64,000 bases of DNA from Eubacteriales bacterium (GCA_034933205.1 JAYFNY010000018.1:30394-94393); one strand, 5' to 3'; numbered from the stretch's first letter, positions 17,816 to 28,540 are shown. Numbers and translations are program-made. Notes: a model not told the origin generated them from the letters alone.

Positions 17816-19092
17816 GAGCGACCTCCGATCACGCTGTCCATCGTGCCGTTTTGCAGATATCCGACCGGATGGATCGTATGGTCGTCCTTTGGCGCCAGCA
17901 GGCCGATGGAGCGGTCCTTCAAGAACAGCGCCCTTCCGATTGCGCGGTAGCCGAAGCGGCGGCGAATATCATCCACCGCATTCTCGGCGGCTTCGGCACG
18001 CCTGCGCGGCGCCTCGTCGTCAAAGAGCGAAAGCTGCTCCGGGTGGTCCGTTCCGATGAGGTCCGAGCAGGAGACGGTCAGCGAACGTACGGGGGTTTGC
18101 CAGTGGTAATTTTCCGTAAAAAGCTGCATGCAGGCGCGTGAGATTTCGCTTGTGACGTTGGTTGGAGAATCGAATTTCGTCTGCCGGATAAACGAGGACA
18201 GCCCCGTGTCCCGAACGCTCAGATGAACGGTGCGGGCGCGGAAGCCCTGTTCGCGAAGCCGCGCGGAAACGCTCTCGGCGAGCATGCAGATCGTCAGGTA
18301 AATATCGTCGTCATTCACCAGGTCGCGGGGTGTGGTGATGCCGTTGCCAACGGATTTGACCGGCGACTCGTCGATCGTCCGCAGCACCGGGGCGGCGTCC
18401 AGCCCGTTTGCGAACGCATGCAGCATAACGCCGCATTTTCCGAACTGCGCTTTGAGAAACGAGGCGGGCGTGTTTGCCAGGTCGCCTATCGTGAGGATGC
18501 CATACTGGAGCAGCTTCGCCTGCGTGGCGCGGCCAACATACAGCAGGTCGCCGGCGGGCAGCGGCCAGACGATCTTTTGAAAATTCTCCGGTGAAATCAC
18601 CGTGACCGCGTCCGGCTTTTTGATATCCGAGCCGAGCTTGGCGAATACCTTGTTATCCGCTACGCCAATGGAAACCGTAATGCCCAGCTCGTCGCGAATA
18701 CGAAAGCGGATGGTTTCGGCGAGCCGGCGCGCTTCCTCTATGGTTTCGGTCGAGCCGGAGACGTCGATCCAGTTCTCATCCAGACCGAACGCTTCCACCC
18801 GATCGGAATATTCGCCGTAGATTGCGCGGCCGATCGCGGAAAATTTCTGATAAGCGGCAAAATCCGGCTTGACGGTGACGAGCAGCGGGCATTTCTGTTT
18901 TGCCTGCCAAATGGCTTCGCCCGTTTTCACACCGAATTTCTTGGCCAGCTCGTTTTTTGCAAGGATAATGCCGTGGCGCGCCTCGGGATTGCCGGCGACG
19001 GCAACGGGATGCGGCCGAAGCGCGGGGTCGAGAAAACAGGCGACAGAAGCATAAAAACTGTTGAAGTCGGCGTGCAGAATTCTGCGGTTCAT
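17812..19092 (-). CDS. dinB: Y-family DNA polymerase IV
   Basis: ILHADFNSFYASV, RHGIILAKN..AK.FGVKTG, VEAFGLDE.W.D, AKLGSD.KKPD, KSVGN..T.P.DL. Confidence 0.9.
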   Translation of the reverse strand: MNRRILHADFNSFYASVACFLDPALRPHPVAVAGNPEARHGIILAKNELAKKFGVKTGEAIWQAKQKCPLLVTVKPDFAAYQKFSAIGRAIYGEYSDRVEAFGLDENWIDVSGSTETIEEARRLAETIRFRIRDELGITVSIGVADNKVFAKLGSDIKKPDAVTVISPENFQKIVWPLPAGDLLYVGRATQAKLLQYGILTIGDLANTPASFLKAQFGKCGVMLHAFANGLDAAPVLRTIDESPVKSVGNGITTPRDLVNDDDIYLTICMLAESVSARLREQGFRARTVHLSVRDTGLSSFIRQTKFDSPTNVTSEISRACMQLFTENYHWQTPVRSLTVSCSDLIGTDHPEQLSLFDDEAPRRRAEAAENAVDDIRRRFGYRAIGRALFLKDRSIGLLAPKDDHTIHPVGYLQNGTMDSVIGGRS

Positions 19093-19134
19093 AGGCGCAT
19101 CCTTTCTGCCGTAAACACTGTGCGGCATGATAAG

Positions 19135-19183
19135 CAAACGTATGTTCGTATAAATAGTATACCGCATTCCGATGCGTTGTCAA
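19135..19183 (-). promoter_or_regulatory. SigA promoter plus Firmicutes LexA (Cheo) box
   Basis: Minus strand TTGACA(19183-19178)-16-TATACT(19161-19156), then CGAACATACGTTTG (19148-19135) matching GAAC-N4-GTTY. Confidence 0.8.
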
Positions 19184-19370
19184 GAGCGGTTTTCTCCCGG
19201 CAGATCGGGAAATCGGGCGGGAAGGAAGACGAATCCCGCCGAGGATTCCCGTTTCAGAAGCGATTATGGTATACTTGCGAAGAAAGAGCGAATGAAAATG
19301 ACCAAATAGAAATGGCGAAGAAAACTGCTACGCAAAACAGCAGAATGAAACGGCGAAGCGATACAGCGGA

Positions 19371-20267
19371 ATGAAACAAGGCGATAGGAAAAAGAATGCG
19401 CGGAACGGTTGGTCCGGCGTCCCCGGCCGGAAGCTGTTTGGCGTATGCTTCGGCTCTATGCTGCGGCGGTTTTACCGGCAGGCCGGGCTTGCGCTGCTTG
19501 TGCTGGTTACGGCTTTCATCTTCGTTGCGGCGGCATATTTCGAACCGGAGCTGTTCGTAAGTCTGGGCGGAAGCCGCCGCGCGACAGCCATTCTTGCCTT
19601 TTGCGGCGTTCCTGCGATTCCGCTCGCCGCGATCTATTTTGCTTATCTGCAGCCGCGCGCCGTTCTTACGGCGTATCGGACGTTTGCAGCCGTGCAATCC
19701 GGTTCCCGTGAGGGGGAAGCCGAAGCGGACGCGTTTTGCAGGTGCAAAGGCGTTTACTGGTGGGTTGTCCTGTTGCGCCTGGTTCCGGCTGCGGCGTTTG
19801 GGCTGGCCGGTGTTGCCGCTTCCCGCTGGATCGGCGGGCGTTTTTCTCCAAGGAGCTGGGGCGTGGTCGCCGTGTGGGCGCTTTGCGTCATGCTGTTCTG
19901 GCAGACGCGGATTCCGGTTTCGCTTGCGCTGCCTGCGGCGGCGTGCAGCCGGGTTTCGGGCGTGGGTGCCCTGCGCTGCGGCCTGCGGGCCTATCGCGGT
20001 GCGCGGGACGCCGCCTCGCTGGCGGGGCTGATAACGCTTTGCGCGGTCATGCTTTCGCTGGTCGGTATTTTGGGGTTCTCCGGCTGGATCGCGCGGGAAG
20101 ATCCGCTTATGCGATATTCGATCGCGGCGTTTCTTGCGGCGGTGTTGTATCCGCCGCTGCGGCTGCTGCTCGCTGCGTTCGATACGGCGGTTTATGCCGG
20201 AACCCGAAGGGGACGGGTACGCGTGAAGCGTTGGAACTTTAGCGCTTCGCGCTTACGGAAACGGTAA
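19371..20267 (+). CDS. Hypothetical multi-pass membrane protein (start uncertain)
   Basis: About six hydrophobic segments; fills the gap upstream of pepF. Confidence 0.55.
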   Translation: MKQGDRKKNARNGWSGVPGRKLFGVCFGSMLRRFYRQAGLALLVLVTAFIFVAAAYFEPELFVSLGGSRRATAILAFCGVPAIPLAAIYFAYLQPRAVLTAYRTFAAVQSGSREGEAEADAFCRCKGVYWWVVLLRLVPAAAFGLAGVAASRWIGGRFSPRSWGVVAVWALCVMLFWQTRIPVSLALPAAACSRVSGVGALRCGLRAYRGARDAASLAGLITLCAVMLSLVGILGFSGWIAREDPLMRYSIAAFLAAVLYPPLRLLLAAFDTAVYAGTRRGRVRVKRWNFSASRLRKR

Positions 20268-20285
20268 TTGGAAAGGGCAAAGGAT

Positions 20286-22064
20286 ATGCAGACAAGAGAT
20301 CAGATCGAAACGTCACTGAAATGGGACCTAAGCGGAATATACCCCAGCGAGGCCGACTGGGAAGCGGACTATGCGGCGGTGCAGGAACTCGTTCGCGCGT
20401 TTCCGGCGCACGCGGGCAAACTTTCGAAGAGTGCGGACGCGCTTTTTGCCGCGCTGTGCGACGAAAGCCGGCTTGGACGGCTGCTGGAACGAATTTACCA
20501 TTATGCGCAGCTGCATAAGGACGAAGACAACGCAAATGTGACGTATCAGGGGCTGACAGACCGAGCCGTACAGCTCATGGTTTCGGCGCAGGCGGCGGCC
20601 TCGTTCCTGGAGCCGGAGATTCTGTCCATCCCGCAGCAAACGCTGCGCGACTGGGCTGCGGAAGAACGGTTTTCGCCGTTCCGGTTCCATATTGCGGATA
20701 TCGACCGGCACCGTTTTCATACGCTCTCGACCGACGAGGAGCGTTTGCTTGCCATGGCGGAGGAGCCCCTTGCCGGAGCGGACAACGTTTTTACCATGCT
20801 TTCGGACGTGGATCTCGATTATGGGGCGGTAACGGACGAAAACGGCAGGGCGGTCAAGCTGACGCACGGTTCCTACAATATGCTGCTGGTCAATCCGGAT
20901 CGCCGCGTTCGCCGCGATGCGTACGAGACTTTCTATCGGGCTTACCTCGGCATGAAAAACACGCTGACCGCCATCTATGCCACCTCGGTTAAAACGGATG
21001 TGTTTCGCGCGCGGACGCATCGCTTCGAGGGATCGCTGGAGGCGGCGTTGTTTGGAAACGGCGTGCCGGTTTCGGTTTACAAGCAGCTCATTGAGGCTGT
21101 GCACGAAAAGCTTCCGGTCCTGAAGAAATATCTCGATATTCGCCGGCGCGTGCTCGGCGTGGAACAGCTGGAGATGTACGATCTCTATGTTCCCATCGTT
21201 CGGGACTGCGAGATCGATATGCCGTACGACGGGGCGAAGCGGCTCGTGAAGGAAGCGCTCAGGCCTCTTGGCGAAGAATATGGCAGGTTGCTGGACGACT
21301 CCTACTCGAAGGGATGGATCGACGTTTACGAAACGCCGGGCAAGACCAGCGGGGCGTTCTGTGCGGGCGTGTATGGCACGCATCCGTACGTACTGCTGAA
21401 TTATCAGGGCAAGATGGACGACGCGTTCACGCTCGGCCACGAACTGGGCCACGCGATGCATTCGCATTATTCCAACACGACGCAGCCGTTTGAAACGTCA
21501 CAATACCGAATCCTTGTCGCGGAGGTTGCGTCCACGGTCAATGAAACGCTCATGACCTATCACCTGCTGGCAAGCGAGACGGACAAGAGAAAACGCGCGT
21601 ACTATATTACGCAGTTTCTGGAATCCTTCCGCACCACCTGCTATCGGCAGACGATGTTTGCGGAGTTCGAGCTCCAGTCGCACCGAATGGCGGAAAGCGG
21701 CGAGCCGCTCACGGTGGAGAGCCTTTCGGCCGTATATCGCGCCCTCAACGAGCTGTATTACGAAGGCGTGCATGTAGACGACAATATTGCCCATGAGTGG
21801 ATGCGCGTGCCGCATTTTTACAATGCGTTTTATGTTTACCAGTATGCGACGGGGCTTTGCTCGGCGGTGAAACTTGCGGACGATATTTTGCAGCACGGCG
21901 CACTGGAACGCTACTTAACCTTCCTTCGGAGCGGCGGCAGCGATTATCCGATCGAGGAACTCAAGGCGGCGGGCGTGGACCTCACGAAAAAGGAGAGCAT
22001 TCTTGCGTCTCTGGACGTGTTCGAGCGGTATGTCGACGAGCTCGACGAACTGCTGAAATCATGA
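20286..22064 (+). CDS. pepF: Oligoendopeptidase F (M3B)
   Basis: KWDLS.IY, WIDVYE..GK.SGAF, HPYVLLNY, HELGHAMH, AEVAST.NE, PHFYNAFYVYQYATG. Confidence 0.95.
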   Translation: MQTRDQIETSLKWDLSGIYPSEADWEADYAAVQELVRAFPAHAGKLSKSADALFAALCDESRLGRLLERIYHYAQLHKDEDNANVTYQGLTDRAVQLMVSAQAAASFLEPEILSIPQQTLRDWAAEERFSPFRFHIADIDRHRFHTLSTDEERLLAMAEEPLAGADNVFTMLSDVDLDYGAVTDENGRAVKLTHGSYNMLLVNPDRRVRRDAYETFYRAYLGMKNTLTAIYATSVKTDVFRARTHRFEGSLEAALFGNGVPVSVYKQLIEAVHEKLPVLKKYLDIRRRVLGVEQLEMYDLYVPIVRDCEIDMPYDGAKRLVKEALRPLGEEYGRLLDDSYSKGWIDVYETPGKTSGAFCAGVYGTHPYVLLNYQGKMDDAFTLGHELGHAMHSHYSNTTQPFETSQYRILVAEVASTVNETLMTYHLLASETDKRKRAYYITQFLESFRTTCYRQTMFAEFELQSHRMAESGEPLTVESLSAVYRALNELYYEGVHVDDNIAHEWMRVPHFYNAFYVYQYATGLCSAVKLADDILQHGALERYLTFLRSGGSDYPIEELKAAGVDLTKKESILASLDVFERYVDELDELLKS

Positions 22065-22101
22065 TAACAATCCAAAACTGAATCAGAAAGGGTAAACTTT
22101 T

Positions 22102-22428
22102 ATGGAAACAAAGGAATACTGCGAGGCGGACGCCAAGGCGTACATTCTGGAAAGTTTTCGTAAGCAGGGCGATTTCGCCCAAATTATGGATGAAAAGACG
22201 CTGGAGGAAATGGTGGACGCGGTTATGGCGCTGGATGCGGCGTTTATCAAGCAGACCGGCGCGGACGACGACGCATTTTACGACGAGGACGCCGCATTTG
22301 AGTATCTGCAGAAAAACATGACGGAAAAGTTTTCCGCGCACAAGATGTACATGATGCGTCTTGTCGAAGACTACATGGATTTTAACGACAGTTATCTGGA
22401 GAGCATTGGCCTGATCGAATGGGACTGA
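22102..22428 (+). CDS. Acidic hypothetical protein
   Basis: 108 aa, RBS gaaaggg; ends Y.ESIGLIEWD. Confidence 0.7.
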   Translation: METKEYCEADAKAYILESFRKQGDFAQIMDEKTLEEMVDAVMALDAAFIKQTGADDDAFYDEDAAFEYLQKNMTEKFSAHKMYMMRLVEDYMDFNDSYLESIGLIEWD

Positions 22429-22890
22429 GCAAAAAAAGGGAGCGCGGCGCGGGCGGACGGAGTCTGCTCGCGCCGTGTTGTCTGCCGGTGCGCGCTTTCC
22501 CGGAACGATACGAGATGGGGCTGACAAGAATCCCGCGGTTACCGGTTTGCGCATAATGATATTTTCGGATTGAGGCCGGCGAGCGCCTCGTGATAAAATA
22601 AACGGGCGATCCGACGCGCGCGATTGCCGGGATATCGGCAAAGGGAGAAGAACGCCGGAATTTCCCTGTAAACGGGGCAAAAAATTAATATCGATAAAAT
22701 GTGATCGATTTCTTCCATTTTGGAAACCGACGGAGTATAATAGGCAAAGCAAATGGATCTGTTGCGAAACCTCGGCTGTCTCTGCGGGCGGATCAATGCG
22801 GCATTCGATCTGCCGATCTTGCGGCAGCAAACGTTTCTGCGCTTATTATTTTATGGGATCAGTTGATTCAGGAACCGGAAAGGAGACCCA

Positions 22891-23754
22891 ATGTACCGAA
22901 TCGTAACAAAGCGAGCCTTGCATGAGACGGTCACGCTCATGGAGGTGGAAGCGCCTTATATCGCGAAGAAAGCCAAACCGGGGCAGTTTATTATTCTGCG
23001 CGTGGACGCAAACGGGGAACGGATTCCGCTGACCGTTGCGGGAACCGACCCGGCGCGCGGCACGGTGACCATAATTTTCCAGAAGGTGGGTTACACCACG
23101 CGCCGTTTGGATTGCCTGAACGAGGGCGATTCCCTGCAGGACTTCGTTGGGCCTCTTGGCGTAGCGAGCCATCTTGCGGGTATGAAGAAGGTTGCGGTCA
23201 TCGGCGGCGGCCTCGGCGTAGCCATTGCGTATCCGCAGGCGAAGGCTCTGCACGATATGGGTGCGGAGGTGGATGTGATCGTCGGCTTCCGTAACACCGA
23301 CCTGATGATTCTGATGGACGAACTGAAAGCCGCGAGCACGAATCTTTACGTGATGACGGACGACGGCAGCAACGGGCACAAGGGATTTGTAACCAGCGCG
23401 CTGGAGGAACAGCTCAAGGCCGGCAAGCAATACGACCACGTGATCGCGATCGGTCCTCTGGTCATGATGCGCGCGGTCTGCAATATAACGAAGCAGTATA
23501 ATATTCCAACCGTGATCTCCATGAATCCCATCATGATCGACGGAACGGGCATGTGCGGTTGCTGCCGCGTGACCGTAGGCGGGGAAATGAAGTTTGCGTG
23601 CGTGGACGGACCGGATTTCGATGGATTCCAGGTGGACTGGGACGAGGCCATCGCCCGCGGAAAGATGTATCGCAAGGAAGAGGCGGAGAGCATGGAGCGG
23701 CACGCCTGTAACCTGACCAATGTGGAGCTCCAGTCCAAGCGGGGAGGAAACTGA
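22891..23754 (+). CDS. nfnA: Electron-bifurcating transhydrogenase small subunit NfnA
   Basis: AKPGQFIILR...GERIPLT, VGPLG, GGGLG, TDDGS.G, MIDGTGMCGCCRV...FACVDGPDFDG. Confidence 0.9.
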   Translation: MYRIVTKRALHETVTLMEVEAPYIAKKAKPGQFIILRVDANGERIPLTVAGTDPARGTVTIIFQKVGYTTRRLDCLNEGDSLQDFVGPLGVASHLAGMKKVAVIGGGLGVAIAYPQAKALHDMGAEVDVIVGFRNTDLMILMDELKAASTNLYVMTDDGSNGHKGFVTSALEEQLKAGKQYDHVIAIGPLVMMRAVCNITKQYNIPTVISMNPIMIDGTGMCGCCRVTVGGEMKFACVDGPDFDGFQVDWDEAIARGKMYRKEEAESMERHACNLTNVELQSKRGGN

Positions 23755-23756
23755 GC

Positions 23757-25151
23757 ATGCCGAATATGAGATTGACGAAACTGCCCGCGCGCGAGCAGGC
23801 GCCGGATGTGCGCAATAAGAACTTCAACGAGGTGTCGCAGGGCTACGATGAGGCCATGGCGATCGACGAGGCGAAGCGGTGCCTCAACTGCAAGCACAAA
23901 CCCTGCGTTTCCGGCTGTCCCGTGAACGTCCGGATCCCGGAGTTCATTCAGTTCGTAACGGAAGGCAAATTTATGGAGGCCTACGAGGTCATCCGGTCCA
24001 CCAATGCGCTTCCCGCCGTGTGCGGACGCGTTTGTCCGCAGGAAACGCAGTGCGAGGAAAAGTGCGTGCGCGGCATCAAAGGCGAACCGGTCGGTATCGG
24101 CCGGCTGGAGCGCTTTGTGGCGGATTACGCCATGTCGCACGGCGCCGAACCCGCCAAACCTCTTCCGGACAACGGTAAAAAGATTGCGATCGTCGGCAGC
24201 GGTCCCGCGGGGCTGACCTGCGCGGGCGATTTAAGGAAGCTCGGCTATCAGGTGACGATTTTCGAGGCGCTGCATACGCCCGGCGGCGTGCTGGTGTATG
24301 GCATTCCGGAGTTTCGTCTGCCCAAGCAGCTTGTGCGGGATGAGATTAAAACGCTCGAGGACATCGGGGTCAAAATTGAAACGAATATGGTCGTCGGTCG
24401 CAGTATTACGCTGGACGAATTGCTGGAGGACGAAGGATACAGCGCGGTATTCGTGGGCAGTGGTGCGGGGTTGCCGCGGTTCCAGTGTATTCCGGGTGAA
24501 AACCTCAACGGCGTGTATTCCGCGAACGAGTTTTTAACGCGCATCAACCTGATGAAAGCGTACAACTTCCCGGAGGTGGACACGCCCGTGCAGGTGGGCA
24601 AGAACGCGGCGGTCGTCGGCGGCGGAAACGTGGCCATGGATGCGGCAAGAAGCGCGAAGCGGCTCGGCGCGGAGAATGTCTACATCGTTTATCGCCGTGG
24701 CGAAAAGGAAATGCCGGCGCGGGTCGAAGAAGTGCACCATGCGAAGGAGGAGGGCATCATCTTCAAGATGCTCACGAATCCGACCGAGATCCTCGGGGAT
24801 GAAAACGGGCACGTCAAAGCTATGACCTGTGTGGAGATGGAGCTTGGCGAACCCGACGCGAGCGGCCGCTGCAGGCCGGTGGTCAAACCGGGCAGCGAGC
24901 ATACGATCGACGTGGATACCGTGGTCATCGCCATCGGCAACAGCCCGAACCCGCTGATCAAGAATACGACGCCGGGGCTCGACACGCAGAAGTGGGGCGG
25001 CATCATTGTGGACGAGGCGACGGGCAAGACCAGCCGTCCGCACGTTTACGCCGGCGGTGACGCGGTAACCGGCGCAGCTACCGTAATTCTCGCTATGGGC
25101 GCAGGCAAAACAGCCGCGGCGGCGATCCACGAAGAGCTCAGTAAAAAATAA
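23757..25151 (+). CDS. nfnB: Electron-bifurcating transhydrogenase large subunit NfnB (GltD-like)
   Basis: EAKRCLNC..KPCVSGCPV, CGRVCPQE.QCE, GSGPAGL, GGGNVAMD, GGDAVTGAATVILAMGAG; follows nfnA. Confidence 0.9.
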   Translation: MPNMRLTKLPAREQAPDVRNKNFNEVSQGYDEAMAIDEAKRCLNCKHKPCVSGCPVNVRIPEFIQFVTEGKFMEAYEVIRSTNALPAVCGRVCPQETQCEEKCVRGIKGEPVGIGRLERFVADYAMSHGAEPAKPLPDNGKKIAIVGSGPAGLTCAGDLRKLGYQVTIFEALHTPGGVLVYGIPEFRLPKQLVRDEIKTLEDIGVKIETNMVVGRSITLDELLEDEGYSAVFVGSGAGLPRFQCIPGENLNGVYSANEFLTRINLMKAYNFPEVDTPVQVGKNAAVVGGGNVAMDAARSAKRLGAENVYIVYRRGEKEMPARVEEVHHAKEEGIIFKMLTNPTEILGDENGHVKAMTCVEMELGEPDASGRCRPVVKPGSEHTIDVDTVVIAIGNSPNPLIKNTTPGLDTQKWGGIIVDEATGKTSRPHVYAGGDAVTGAATVILAMGAGKTAAAAIHEELSKK

Positions 25152-25281
25152 CGCCTTTTCAAGAAATATCGTCTTTTCTTGAAAGAAAAGAAACAAAAGG
25201 ACTTCTCCATGCTGTACAATAAACAGAAAAAGAGAGGTTCTTTTTGTTACTTTTTCTTTATAAGAAAAAGCAGGAACGCTT

Positions 25282-26652
25282 ATGAAAATTTCCATTCCGA
25301 ACGAGCTGTCTCCACTGGCGGAAGCGTTCGCAGAAGAAAATGTTCCGGCTTATGTTGTCGGCGGTCTGGTAAGGAACGCAATGTTACACTTACCGCCGTC
25401 GGACATAGATATTTGCTCGCACCTGACGCCGGAGCAGATTGCGGCGGCAATGCCGAAGTTCGGCGTCCGCGTGATCGAAAAAGCGGCGGAGATGGGCACG
25501 GTAGAGCTGCATTACGGTTCCGTTTGCGTGGAGCATACGACATTCCGCAAGGAGTCCTATGCCGGCGGCGGCGCGCACCGCCCTCGCTGGATCGTGTTTG
25601 GAGAGAACCTTGTGGACGACGCCTGGCGGCGCGATTTTTCGGTCAACGCGCTGTACGCCGATCTTTCCACCGGCGAGGTGCAGGACCCGACGGGCGGGAT
25701 TCCCGATCTGCAACAAAGGATCATTCGTACGACAAGCGCGGAACCGGACAGAATTTTGCGTTCGGACGCGCTTCGGGTGCTGCGGCTTGTGCGCTTTGCC
25801 TGCGAACTGGGGTTTGCAATCGATGAGGAAACCTGGCAGGCGGCGAAACGGAACGCCCGGAACCTGAAGGACATCGCCGCAGAGCGGCGGCGGGACGAAT
25901 TCGTTAAGATCCTTTTATCGGATGCGCGCTATCCTGCGCTGGAGCGGGATGAGCTGCGCTCGCCGCTGCGGGGATTGCGTCTGCTCGACGAGCTGGATGT
26001 GTGGGACGTGCTTGTGCCGGAATTCAACCTTGCACGCGGAATGGCGCAGCGGCCGGACCATCACCGGTATGATGTGCTGGAACACAGCTTTCAGGTTTGC
26101 GCCGCCGCTCCGCCAACGGAGAAGCTGCGCCTTGCGGCGCTGCTGCACGACGTTGGCAAGCCGGACTGCAAGCGCGAAACGGGCGTGCAATACGAACATG
26201 ACCGGTATGGTGAACGAATCAGCAGGCGTGTTCTGACGGATCTGCGGTTTCCAGGCCGTGTGGTGAAAGAGGTCAGCGCGCTGGTTGGCGGGCATATGTA
26301 CGATATCCAGCATCAGGCGAAGCAGGACACGCTGCGTGTTCGTTTCGCGACCTGGGGCAGGGAACGGACGCTGGAGCAGATCCTTCTTCGCGAGGCGGAT
26401 ATCCGCGGCTGCGGGTACGATACGGACTACGTCGCTTCCGACTGGCGCGCGCTTTACGAAACCATGCTGGTGGACGGCACGCCGTTTTCCGAGCGGGAGC
26501 TTGCGATTTCCAGCGAGGAGCTGATGGCGGTCTCCGGCTTGCCGGAAGGAAAAGAGTTTGGCGAATGGAAGAAAAGGCTCTTTTTACACTGCGTGAAGCA
26601 TCCGAAGGATAACAATTTCGTTCGTTTAACGCAAATAGCAAAAAAAGGTTAA
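25282..26652 (+). CDS. cca: CCA tRNA nucleotidyltransferase / poly(A) polymerase family with HD domain
   Basis: YVVGG.VRN...SDIDI, EHTTFRKE, D..RRDFSVNA, DALRVLR.VRF, HRYDVLEH, LLHDVGK. Confidence 0.85.
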   Translation: MKISIPNELSPLAEAFAEENVPAYVVGGLVRNAMLHLPPSDIDICSHLTPEQIAAAMPKFGVRVIEKAAEMGTVELHYGSVCVEHTTFRKESYAGGGAHRPRWIVFGENLVDDAWRRDFSVNALYADLSTGEVQDPTGGIPDLQQRIIRTTSAEPDRILRSDALRVLRLVRFACELGFAIDEETWQAAKRNARNLKDIAAERRRDEFVKILLSDARYPALERDELRSPLRGLRLLDELDVWDVLVPEFNLARGMAQRPDHHRYDVLEHSFQVCAAAPPTEKLRLAALLHDVGKPDCKRETGVQYEHDRYGERISRRVLTDLRFPGRVVKEVSALVGGHMYDIQHQAKQDTLRVRFATWGRERTLEQILLREADIRGCGYDTDYVASDWRALYETMLVDGTPFSERELAISSEELMAVSGLPEGKEFGEWKKRLFLHCVKHPKDNNFVRLTQIAKKG

Positions 26653-26711
26653 AGAAGTCTTTTTGTTTCTTATTCTTCCGAAAAAGAAAAGAAGACCTCT
26701 CTCCCATCGAA

Positions 26712-26740
26712 TTGACATTTCGGAGCGGTTACCCGATAAT
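26712..26740 (+). promoter_or_regulatory. SigA promoter of glnS
   Basis: TTGACA-17-GATAAT, 30 bp upstream of ATG. Confidence 0.6.
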
Positions 26741-26769
26741 GGAACAAGCAAATTTGGAGGCACACGGGA

Positions 26770-28437
26770 ATGGAAGAGGTAAAACGTCCGAAAAACTTCA
26801 TTGAGGAGTTTATCGAGGAGGACATGCGTACGAAAGAGCCGCGCGTGCAGACCCGGTTTCCGCCCGAACCGAACGGGTATCTGCATATCGGCCATGCCAA
26901 AGCGCTTGCCATCGATTTCGGTATGGCGGAGAAGTACGGCGGAATCTGCAACCTGCGCTATGACGACACCAATCCGACCAAAGAGGACGTAGAGTACGTA
27001 GACGCGATTCAGGCGGATATTCAGTGGCTCGGATTTCAGTGGAACCAGATTCTCTTCGGCTCTTCCTATTTCGACCAGTGCTACGACCTTGCCGTGAAGT
27101 TGATTAAAAAAGGCGTTGCATACGTGGACGACCTGAGCAAGGACGACATGCGAGCCTACCGCGGGACGCTGACGCAGCCGGGGAAAAACAGCCCGTACCG
27201 CGATCGTTCGGTGGAGGAGAACCTCGATCTTTTTACGCGTATGCGCGCGGGCGAGTTTGAGGACGGAGCAAAAACGCTTCGCGCCAAAATCGATATGGCG
27301 TCCCCGAATATCAACATGCGCGATCCCGCGCTGTACCGCATCAAGCATGCGCGCCATCATCAGACGGGCGATAAGTGGTGCATTTATCCGATGTATGACT
27401 TCGCGCATCCGATTCAGGACGCGATCGAGGGCGTGACGCATTCGCTCTGTTCGTTGGAGTATGAGGCGCACCGCCCGCTGTACGACTGGGTGATTGCCGC
27501 GTGCGAATTCCGCCAGAAGCCGCGTCAGATCGAGTTTGCGCGCCTCAATATGACGGATACCATTATGAGCAAGCGGTATTTGCGCCGTCTGGTCGAGGAG
27601 GGGTTCGTCTCCGGCTGGGACGATCCGCGGATGCCGACGCTCTGCGGCATGCGCCGGCGCGGGTATACGCCCGCCGCGATCCGCGATTTTCTTGAGCGCA
27701 TCGGCGTGGCCAAAGCGGATTCCGTTGTGGATGCGGCCATGCTGGAGCACTGCGTGCGCGAGGACCTCAACGAAAACGCCATCCGCCGCATGGCGGTGCT
27801 CGACCCGGTTCTGGTGGAAATCGACAACTGGGACGAGGGCAAGTTTGAGGAAATCGAGCTGGAGAACCACCCGAACCACCCCGAATTGGGAACGCGCCAG
27901 GTGCGTTTCGGTAAACGCGCCTATATCGAACGCGAGGATTTTGCGGAAATTCCGCCGAACAAGTTCTTTCGCCTCAAGCCGGACGGCGAGGTCCGTCTGA
28001 AAGGTGCGTATATCATTAAGTGCACCGGCTGGGAAGCAAAAGACGACGGCACGATCACGAAGATCCACTGCACCTACGATCCGGATAGCAAGAGCGGTGA
28101 AGATGCGCGCAAAGTGAAGGGGACGCTGCATTGGGTCAATGCGGACGACGCGGCGGCGGCCGAGTTCCGTCTCTACGATACGCTTATGAAGAGCGAGAGC
28201 GCGGAGCAGGAGGACGACGAAGAAGAAACTGCGGTGGAGAAGGACTTTGTCGACAAACTCAATCCGGACTCCCTCGTAACGAGGCGTGGCTTCGTCGAAC
28301 CGGCGCTGAAAGGCGCGGCCGCGGGCGAGCGTTATCAGTTCCTTCGCGAGGGGTACTTCTGCACGGATCAGGACAGCAAGCCGGAAGCTCCTGTGTTTAA
28401 CCGCACGGTCGGTCTAAAGGATAGCTACAAAGCATAA
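26770..28437 (+). CDS. glnS: Glutamine--tRNA ligase
   Basis: TRFPPEPNGYLHIGHAK, NLRYDDTNP, IYPMYDFAH, MSKR, GWDDPRMPT, FNRTVGLKD. Confidence 0.97.
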   Translation: MEEVKRPKNFIEEFIEEDMRTKEPRVQTRFPPEPNGYLHIGHAKALAIDFGMAEKYGGICNLRYDDTNPTKEDVEYVDAIQADIQWLGFQWNQILFGSSYFDQCYDLAVKLIKKGVAYVDDLSKDDMRAYRGTLTQPGKNSPYRDRSVEENLDLFTRMRAGEFEDGAKTLRAKIDMASPNINMRDPALYRIKHARHHQTGDKWCIYPMYDFAHPIQDAIEGVTHSLCSLEYEAHRPLYDWVIAACEFRQKPRQIEFARLNMTDTIMSKRYLRRLVEEGFVSGWDDPRMPTLCGMRRRGYTPAAIRDFLERIGVAKADSVVDAAMLEHCVREDLNENAIRRMAVLDPVLVEIDNWDEGKFEEIELENHPNHPELGTRQVRFGKRAYIEREDFAEIPPNKFFRLKPDGEVRLKGAYIIKCTGWEAKDDGTITKIHCTYDPDSKSGEDARKVKGTLHWVNADDAAAAEFRLYDTLMKSESAEQEDDEEETAVEKDFVDKLNPDSLVTRRGFVEPALKGAAAGERYQFLREGYFCTDQDSKPEAPVFNRTVGLKDSYKA

Positions 28438-28540
28438 GCAAATATTCTTTTGTTTACTTTTTCTTTTCAGAAAAGTAAGTGTAATTAAAAAATCTTTTGC
28501 TTACTTTTCTTTAGAAAAGTAAGAAATAGGAGAAATTCTT

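Noticed and set aside
22690..22890. Rex operator or riboswitch upstream of nfnA
   Set aside because: tgtgatcgatttcttcca is only a weak match to TTGTGAA-N4-TTCACAA, and the leader hairpins match no motif I recognise.
23757..25151. Glutamate synthase small subunit (gltD) call
   Set aside because: There is no gltB, and the gene is paired with an NfnA-type gene, so NfnAB is the better call.
26652..28540. T-box leaders for glnS/gltX
   Set aside because: The leaders are too short (glnS promoter ~30 bp from ATG; ~100 bp gap before gltX) and show no T-box consensus.
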